Source: Oopsacas minuta (Eukaryota > Animalia > Porifera). From it: 64,000 bases of DNA. A program made the translations under genes and the position numbers. Below are positions 56,563 to 64,000 of this stretch, piece after piece. Under the pieces are notes generated by a model. That model was not told where the DNA came from, searched no databases, and saw only the letters and a program-made list of their open reading frames with translations. The DNA is taken from positions 124,001-188,000 of the forward strand of contig JAKMXF010000133.1 of NCBI GenBank assembly GCA_024704765.1. Direction: 5' to 3'. The stretch's first letter is position 1, and every line of letters begins with the position of its first letter.

Positions 56563-58590
56563 TTGGAAATGGCAACAAACATGAGCCAAGTAACACCTTC
56601 AGAAACTGAGAAGATGTTGAAGGAGTACGAGAATAGAATAAAGGACATGCTGTCCGTTATCCTACAAGAAATTAATGTTAACGCAATATCCGAATTGTCT
56701 GGAGCCTCCGTAGTGTCCACAGAAACACGCGTATCCTTGAAGGAACGATATTACGAAATAATAGAGGAGTACAGGAATATTTTTAGGATACCAAAAATCC
56801 TCTTTGAAATGGAAAGAATTTTTTTAGTGGCATATACCGTAAACATAACTTTTAGAATTCTTGACGAGTTATCAGCTCTCTACAAAGATTTTGAATCTGT
56901 AATCTCCAGTAAAATACTTCCTGTCCCTCTCAAAGATTCATTCCAGGAACGATACGACCAGCATTTACATAAAATATCTTTACTAATCATCGATAACCTC
57001 CTCCCTATTGAATTCAAAGACAGCCTCTACTACATAGAGAGGACTTTAGCAGAACCTTCTCTATACTCCCTAAACGGTCTCATCATGTGGAAGGAGACAG
57101 CTGAGCAAAAGATTGATAAAATTCAGAATCGGATAGTCCCTAAACTCCCAAAACCGATCGAGAGTGTGATAGTAAAGAGATACGAATCTCTGAGATTGAG
57201 ACTGAAGGCAGAGATCTTAAAGATGAGGACTTATCCTATTCCAGAACCTTGGTGTTCAAAATGCATGAGGAAGGGAATGAAATACTTCATTGATGGAGAA
57301 TTCATTTTCTATGTAGATCCTGAAATAGAGGAAGAGATGAAACCAGTGAATCCATCCAAGAGAGACCTGCTTCCCGGGGGTATCACACGTCAGGAGTATG
57401 ACATGAGGCTGAACAGGCTCAATATGGAGTATGCGATAGCTAGAGATGAGTTGGAAACCAGGAATGCAGATAGGATAGAAGAGAAATGCAAATGGATGGA
57501 GGATAAGTATGCACTTGTTGAGGGGGATGTGCCTCTCATATTCAATGAACTAGTTAACCTGTACAGAGACGCTAGGTCACTAGAATATCTCGTCAGGAAG
57601 AATAAGGAGGATAAGGAATTGAAGGATATATATGATTTAATACAAAGAAGGATCCGTCACTATTACGACAACAGAATAAACATTCCTTCATATGCTATCA
57701 CCACTCGTAACGATCCCATGTTGATAGCTCCACCCAAAGAAGAGAGGAACATCCCTGTAGCATCTGGTGTTGATAGAGGTGGAGAAGCTCTTTGGCAATT
57801 AGATACACCAGCTGGTATAATTGCGGTTATGAATAGCGTAATAGTAGCGGATAGATATGGTGATACAGTCACACTCTACAGAGCTACAGATTTTGCAGCT
57901 ACTTATTCGTATCATGATCCTTATTTAGCTACTACTACTCCTGTCTCATTGACATACTTCAAACCGTCCGTATTCGTGTGCTATACAAGTTTAATAGTAC
58001 AATTCAGCATAACATGGGAAGATAGTATGGAGATATTTCGCATGAAACGTGAACACGACATCTCAATACTACAGGCTTGTTGTACCTCCTCTAACAGTAA
58101 CCATTTGTATGTGGGGACTCTTAAGCCTAGTCTCATCCGTATGCAGGTAGATCCTCTCCGTATAGAACAAGAATACCTACTCAATCCTATCCTGCATACC
58201 AAGATACCTAACAGGTATCCATGGCTACAGGACATGAAGGCTGTTGATGATTGTGTTGTATGTCTCTTCACAGGATCTCCCTCTCCTCTACAAAGGTTCT
58301 CTCTAGAAGGAGAACTCATAGAGTCCATACTCACAGAGGATCAGATAGTAGGAGCATACAACTTCAACCTGTTCTATAATCCTATCACAAATGAATTGAG
58401 AATATACATATGCGATTTCTGGGATAATTCCATCAAAGTGTTTGGCCTGTTTGGAGAATTCATAGAAACAGTTTGTGAGACAGGACATGAACTGTGTCAA
58501 ATATTCCGTCCCTCTTGCATATTTATACAACGATCTGGCTATATTACAGTTGGTGACATGAAGGAGGACAACTGTCTACAGATGCTCTAA
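56563..58590 (+). CDS. Intronless helical-domain + NHL-type propeller protein, copy 3 (675 aa)
   Basis: Paralog of copies 1 and 2, opposite orientation, lying between two hAT elements. Confidence 0.85.
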   Translation: MEMATNMSQVTPSETEKMLKEYENRIKDMLSVILQEINVNAISELSGASVVSTETRVSLKERYYEIIEEYRNIFRIPKILFEMERIFLVAYTVNITFRILDELSALYKDFESVISSKILPVPLKDSFQERYDQHLHKISLLIIDNLLPIEFKDSLYYIERTLAEPSLYSLNGLIMWKETAEQKIDKIQNRIVPKLPKPIESVIVKRYESLRLRLKAEILKMRTYPIPEPWCSKCMRKGMKYFIDGEFIFYVDPEIEEEMKPVNPSKRDLLPGGITRQEYDMRLNRLNMEYAIARDELETRNADRIEEKCKWMEDKYALVEGDVPLIFNELVNLYRDARSLEYLVRKNKEDKELKDIYDLIQRRIRHYYDNRINIPSYAITTRNDPMLIAPPKEERNIPVASGVDRGGEALWQLDTPAGIIAVMNSVIVADRYGDTVTLYRATDFAATYSYHDPYLATTTPVSLTYFKPSVFVCYTSLIVQFSITWEDSMEIFRMKREHDISILQACCTSSNSNHLYVGTLKPSLIRMQVDPLRIEQEYLLNPILHTKIPNRYPWLQDMKAVDDCVVCLFTGSPSPLQRFSLEGELIESILTEDQIVGAYNFNLFYNPITNELRIYICDFWDNSIKVFGLFGEFIETVCETGHELCQIFRPSCIFIQRSGYITVGDMKEDNCLQML

Positions 58591-58815
58591 TCTCCTGTCC
58601 CATTGTTTATTATTATTATTATTATTTGTTGTTTATTTCCCAATTATAGTGATTAGTGTGTTTATACATTTTCTGAGTTATTCAGGGTACTATTTGATAC
58701 CATGGGATCAATCTATTGGATACCTTTCTTCCTCTAGTTTGGCTCTGCTGTTCACACTTTTAGAGATTAAGTCACCAAATTTGGTATGTATACTCGTAGT
58801 GACATCTAGTTGTGC

Positions 58816-59784
58816 CCGGCACGTAGCTACAGGGGGGCAAGGGGGGCAGTTGCCTCCCCAAAAGTTTTTCTCGCCCCCCCCAGATAAATTTGGAAGTTTC
58901 CGTTTGTATCTACAGTGTAGCTAGCTTATTAGCAATCAGCTTTGGATCCCAAACGGGATTATAATGTTAATTTCGTTGCTCTATTAGCAACTAAATTTCT
59001 GCAAATCCGAGTTGCTAATAAGCAAACTCCACTGTAGTTAATAGTCTCTGTACTTCAACTGCATCGTCAAAAATATGGAATTAATAACTCGCGTTGCGAT
59101 GATGGTTTTAATACTAGACAGGAAGTAACGCTCATTGATAGTAAACTCGTTCTATTTTGACAGGCACTGAATTTCTGCTATAATTTAATTGAATTACTAC
59201 AGGCCGCTAGTAATTGTTGTCAGAAGTTAGACTGTCCATTGAAGTGATTGAAGCATTGGTGATGTTCTTAGGGTTTCAGTTTTCAAAGCTTAATTTATAC
59301 CAAATTCTTGTGACTATCCCTCAGACGTCTTGTAAGGTTGTGCGAATGTTCTCATCTGTTAAGAGAATAAAAACTCGTTTGCGCTCGCAAATGACCACTG
59401 TGCGTCTCAACCATATTGCCCTCCTGTTATCTCTTGTAAAGATATTGTAGAAACACTTTGCTATAATGATGTGATTGAACATTTTAAGCAGATGAAGCAA
59501 CGCCGCTTTCCTTTGTAATGTCAAATAGTATCCCTGAATTGAGTTTAGTATCTTAATAAATACTCTTACTATATGGCATTCTATATAATGTCGACTAGTC
59601 TAGTGCTCCCTAGCTTAGTAATCTGGTACTTGATGAAGTCAAAAGGTTATACATGTAAGGAAAGGAGACTGGATCGTACTTGTTATACACAAGTAATTAA
59701 CTTTTCGAAAATATTTATCCCAGCAATTGCCCTCCCGAAATTCTTCTTGCCCCCCCTGAATATCTTGCTCTAGCTACGTGCCTG
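58816..59784 (+). mobile_element. Degenerate hAT element without matching TSD
   Basis: TIR CCGGCACGTAGCTA / TAGCTACGTGCCTG; decayed dimerisation-domain remnant (RMFSSVKRIKTRLRSQMTTVRLNHIALL); flanks AGTTGTGC and ATCAAATC differ. Confidence 0.8.
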
Positions 59785-59981
59785 ATCAAATCTCGCTACT
59801 GTTGTTAGAGCTCTGAATTTCTAATGCCAGATTATTCATCTTCATATGTTATGTGAAGTTAAGTTAATAATATGATTCATATCAGAACTAGCTGTTGTTA
59901 TGATGTCATCTCATTACTACCCCCCGAGAAATTCGATATATAAAGTTACAGTTATTGGAAAGAAATTAAAATTGAGGAGAA

Positions 59982-62324
59982 ATGGGGAATAAGAATTCAG
60001 TTGACAGAAGTTTCATATTTATCGGTAAAATGGGTGATGGCAAAAGTAGCCTTGGGAACTTGTTATGCAAAGCGGGCCGGGTACCGAAAGACCCATTCAA
60101 AGTACCAGAAAACCGAAACGCAATGGGAACAACACAGAAGATAGAATTTGTGGAGGTGATAACCCGCGCTGGGGTTCCGGACAAAGATGAGGAGGTAAAA
60201 ATACAGCTATTTGATATACCCGGTTTGAATGACCCGAAATTCAAACTAGCTACACATAGTATGAATATCACACAATGCATTAGGAGAGCTACCCCTACTT
60301 TATTCGTAACATTCGTAATTGTGATTGATATCTCTGCAGAGAGTATGGATCCAGATTTCGAACCAAGTATTGTGGCATTATCCCGCGAACTCCGGTTAGC
60401 TTCGTTTAGTTTCTTTAATCAGGCTGTAGTTGTATTCACACATGCTGACAAGTTAGTTGGAGGGTTCAAGAGAGACAAGTTAGATCAGAAGTTAAAAGAA
60501 AAATGTATTAGTGATAAATGGGGTGATTTAGACAAAATTCTTACTCGCGTAGATGGTAGATATATGTATGTAAATACAAAGAGGAAGAAAGGTCAAGTAG
60601 AAGTTATGCAAGAACTCTATCAGCTCTCTATAACTACTCTAAGATTACTGTTTCAAGGAAACACCAACTTCAAAGCCAGTGAGATTAAAAAGAGACTTGG
60701 CTTAAAGGGAGAAAATAATATAATAGACCAGAAGAAGTACAAAATCGAATGTTTGTTTAGTAGTGACCTACAACTTCATTTACAAGGACAAAAAATAGAA
60801 ATAACAGAAGAAGTACAAAACGCTATCAAGGATCTAAAATTAATCGGGCATGGAATATCTGTGATTATAATTCTAATCGACTTAACAAATGCCTTCACGA
60901 CTACATATTCGGAAATGATTAGGAATTTACCAAATCAATACGAAAACCGCGATCGTCATCCAGGTGGTAATAAATTCTGGGATTACACCTTCATCGTGTT
61001 TAAAGTTCATAATCCAAATGATGTTGAAAGGCAAATTCGTCAAAGTTTCTCTAATCCTGAAATCAAAAGAATATACAAACTAGCAGGAGGTAGACATACG
61101 TGGGTAGCGAAGAATGATCCAAATATCAAGGACTTAGAAGATGAAAGAAAGGACTTTATCAAGAGAATCATTGATTGTTATCTTCAAGTAAAGAAAGTTA
61201 CTCAAGGCAAAAATTACATTTCAAATGTCGTAGCCGAAGAGATGGAGATGATGACGCAAGAAATGTATTCTGAAGCCAGATCATCTTCACAACTAGCATT
61301 GATCAAAGGAATGGAAGTGACAGGTTGTATGGGGGCTCAATGTATAGGAGCACTAGGAACAGCAGGGGTATTAGGAGGGGTAGGAGCTGTCGCAGGGCCG
61401 ATTGGAGCAGTAGTTGGGGGTGTCACAGGAGGTCTTATTGGATTCAGTGGTGTAATGACAGTACAATTTGCTATATACATATTGCAAAAGGTCAAACCAA
61501 CATTGTTGAACCATTTCAAATTAAAATTTTCAAATTTGGAGAAAATTTCGAATGAAGCATTTCTAGAATTTTTGGAACGCAAAGAATATCCCGAAATTGC
61601 ATATGATTATGTTGTTATTGACAATATCGAACAAACCAATAATATCTTACCAGCTAAAGATCACGAATTCCGACTGGAAACAGACCATTTCGAGCAGGAT
61701 ACAAATGATACCCGTGATACCAGACAGGTACCAGGCAATACCCCATTGATACCAGAGAATGCCCAATTGATACCAGACGATACCCCATTGATACCAGAGG
61801 ATGCCCAATTGATATCATACGATACCCCATTGATACCAGAGGATGCCCAATTGATATCATACGATACCCCATTGATACCAGAGGATACCCCATTGATATC
61901 ATACGATACCCCATTGATACCAGAGGATGCCCAATTGATATCATACGATACCCCATTGATACCAGAGGATACCCCATTGATATCATACGATACCCCATTG
62001 ATACCAGAGGATACCCCATTGATATCATACGATACCCCATTGATACCAGAGGATGCCCAATTGATATCATACGATACCCCATTGATATCATACGATGCCC
62101 AATTGATATCATACGATACCCCATTGATATCATACGATGCCCAATTGATATCATACGATACCCCATTGATACCAGAGGATACCCCATTGATATCATACGA
62201 TACCCCATTGATACCAGAGGATGCCCAATTGATATCATACGATACCCCATTGATATCATACGATACCCTATTGATATCAGAGAATACTCCATTGATACCA
62301 AACGAAAATCCACCAGGACCGTAA
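59982..62324 (+). CDS. Intronless AIG1/GIMAP-family GTPase + degenerate second domain + glycine-rich hydrophobic segment + 27x heptapeptide tail (780 aa)
   Basis: G1 GKMGDGKS, G3 DIPG, G4 THAD; N-terminal MG; aligns with 51963..53585. Confidence 0.88.
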   Translation: MGNKNSVDRSFIFIGKMGDGKSSLGNLLCKAGRVPKDPFKVPENRNAMGTTQKIEFVEVITRAGVPDKDEEVKIQLFDIPGLNDPKFKLATHSMNITQCIRRATPTLFVTFVIVIDISAESMDPDFEPSIVALSRELRLASFSFFNQAVVVFTHADKLVGGFKRDKLDQKLKEKCISDKWGDLDKILTRVDGRYMYVNTKRKKGQVEVMQELYQLSITTLRLLFQGNTNFKASEIKKRLGLKGENNIIDQKKYKIECLFSSDLQLHLQGQKIEITEEVQNAIKDLKLIGHGISVIIILIDLTNAFTTTYSEMIRNLPNQYENRDRHPGGNKFWDYTFIVFKVHNPNDVERQIRQSFSNPEIKRIYKLAGGRHTWVAKNDPNIKDLEDERKDFIKRIIDCYLQVKKVTQGKNYISNVVAEEMEMMTQEMYSEARSSSQLALIKGMEVTGCMGAQCIGALGTAGVLGGVGAVAGPIGAVVGGVTGGLIGFSGVMTVQFAIYILQKVKPTLLNHFKLKFSNLEKISNEAFLEFLERKEYPEIAYDYVVIDNIEQTNNILPAKDHEFRLETDHFEQDTNDTRDTRQVPGNTPLIPENAQLIPDDTPLIPEDAQLISYDTPLIPEDAQLISYDTPLIPEDTPLISYDTPLIPEDAQLISYDTPLIPEDTPLISYDTPLIPEDTPLISYDTPLIPEDAQLISYDTPLISYDAQLISYDTPLISYDAQLISYDTPLIPEDTPLISYDTPLIPEDAQLISYDTPLISYDTLLISENTPLIPNENPPGP
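61737..62303 (+). repeat. Coding 21-bp minisatellite, 27 units (DTPL/DAQL x IPE/ISY)
   Basis: Counted from the translation; units such as gataccccattgataccagag and gatgcccaattgatatcatac. Confidence 0.97.
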
Positions 62325-62419
62325 AATTACAGAATAGAGTTTGGATGAGTTATCTTCCCATTAGTTTATGTGCTCAAAATTGATAATTACACACACAAAA
62401 ACTAAATATTATTTGTATA

Positions 62420-62420
62420 C

Positions 62421-62475
<55 letters not shown>

Positions 62476-62476
62476 T
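62420..62476. repeat. (TAA)n microsatellite between the GIMAP-like gene and aconitase
   Basis: Direct reading. Confidence 0.9.
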
Positions 62477-62597
62477 TTGTGTTTTAGATAAGAAAATGTT
62501 ATTATTAATTTCTATCAAACTTAATCCACTCAAATAAATAATTCAAATAATTCTTATCTAAAATAGTAGCATATTAACCTAACAAACACCTTTCTAA

Positions 62598-64000
62598 TTA
62601 CAACATTTGTCGAATCATGTAATTGAGTATACCCCCGTGTTTGAAGTACACAAGCTCTATGTCCGTATCAAACCTCGTTAGAGCTCTGAATTCCTGTCCC
62701 GTATCCATAGCAACCTTGATTTCATCACCCGGTTTAAGGTCAGAAGGAATATTAATTGAGAATTGCTCCTTCCCAGTCAGGCCGAGTAGTTCTGCATTTT
62801 CCCCCGGCATAAACTCTAAAGGAACTATACCCATTCCGACGAGGTTAGACCGGTGTATCCTTTCGTAGCTCTCTGCTAACACCGCGCGAACACCGAGTAA
62901 CATCGGTCCTTTCGCTGCCCAATCCCTCGAGGAACCAGAACCATATTCCTTCCCTGAGATTATTATCAGCTGACGATTTTCAGATTTGTAACGCTCGGCC
63001 GCGTCGAATATATCCATTTCATCACCTGATGGAATGTGGAGTGTTCTAGGACCCGGCTTTGAGACCAGTTTATTGACTAATCTGATATTTGCAAAAGTAC
63101 CTAAGCAAACAACAAGTAAACAACAATATAAATACAGTTAACTCCCTCTTATATTGAAGTAATCATCACCGTCCCTTAAGCTTAGATATAACTAGAGTTG
63201 AGTAAGTAATTATCTTCAAAACAGATTATATAAGAATATTCGGCGGATAAGACATATTCAGTAATTAGTGCATACAAATATTCGTTTCAACATTACCTCT
63301 AGCCATGATAGCATCATTACCCCGTCTAGCACCGTAAGAATTAAACTCTCTAGGTGTAAGCCCCTTTGAGCCTAACAGTCGGGCGGCAGGACTATTCCTA
63401 GCTATTGAGCCAGCAGGGGAGATATGATCCGTTGTCACAGAGTCGCCGAGTAGCAAGAGGCAGTGCGCGTTTGTCACACCTGTCACTGGCGGGAGGTGTT
63501 TACCTATCGTTTGGAAGAATGGTGGTTGTTTGATGTAGGTGGACATTTCATCCCAGGGATAGAGGAGAGAGTCTGGCGCCTAAATATAGCGACAAATTGT
63601 GATAAAGTCGATGGTCCAGATTACACCAATCCAACTCGCCTCTAAATCGTTCCACCTCGAATTGCCCTCTGTAATCTTAGCGTAAACCTCACGGAACATT
63701 CCAGGTAACACGAACGTCCTCTCAGCTGTTTGTATATCATCCCTACTGGGCCATATCTCCCTCAGATAAACAGGAGTACCAGCTGGGTCAAATCCTATTG
63801 GCTCTTTATCAAAGTCAATACAGACAGTACCTGCTAGCGCATACGCGATCACTAGTAGAGGAGAGGCTAGGTAATTTGCCCGTGTTAAGGGGTGAATCCT
63901 TCCCTCAAAATTCCTATATTTAATTGATTATTAACAACTGTTAGTTGGAAATTTGTGTCAGAGCTCCACCTCGCCCGCATCAAGTTCGCCTGTCGCATGA
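62598..64000 (-). CDS. ACO1: Cytosolic aconitase / IRP1, 3' exons; 5' part outside the window
   Basis: [47 protein letters not shown] and [31 protein letters not shown]. Confidence 0.95.

Noticed and set aside
58800-58815. CTAG-T near the end of NHL cassette 3 as a possible Helitron 3' terminus
   Set aside because: No convincing subterminal hairpin; copy 1 reads CTCG, and its similarity to the 43560-43840 repeat continues past this point.
61737-62303. CRISPR-like array
   Set aside because: Contiguous coding minisatellite with no unique spacers, in eukaryotic DNA with no cas genes.
61654-62313. 219-aa antisense ORF of SMGYRMI repeats
   Set aside because: By-product of a stop-free 21-bp minisatellite; no independent evidence.

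Overview
AT-rich, intron-containing eukaryotic (animal) DNA. The (GTTT/AAAC)n-rich introns and compact gene packing are compatible with a sponge such as a glass sponge; this is an inference and was not checked. I reconstructed a backbone of spliced conserved genes by eye, nearly all on the minus strand: an espin-like ankyrin protein, a 20-kb Erbin/LRRC7-type LAP gene, the PKA catalytic subunit, an ADP-ribosylglycohydrolase (+), FRMD8, COX7C, COX5A, ZRANB2 and cytosolic aconitase. A second layer of intronless accessory genes sits between these genes and inside their introns. (i) Three dispersed, mosaic copies of a novel helical-domain + NHL-propeller gene share short conserved flanks. (ii) Four highly divergent Maf/CNC-like bZIP micro-genes lie in two LAP introns. 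(iii) An OGT-family (GT41) enzyme has an apparent signal peptide. (iv) A SIM+RRM protein lies in a PKA intron. (v) A 10.4-kb co-oriented island of immune-type genes (two AIG1/GIMAP GTPase + pseudo-GTPase genes, an LRR pseudogene, an NHL copy) is interleaved with hAT transposons. Mariner, hAT and many MITE-like repeats are present, several of them nested.
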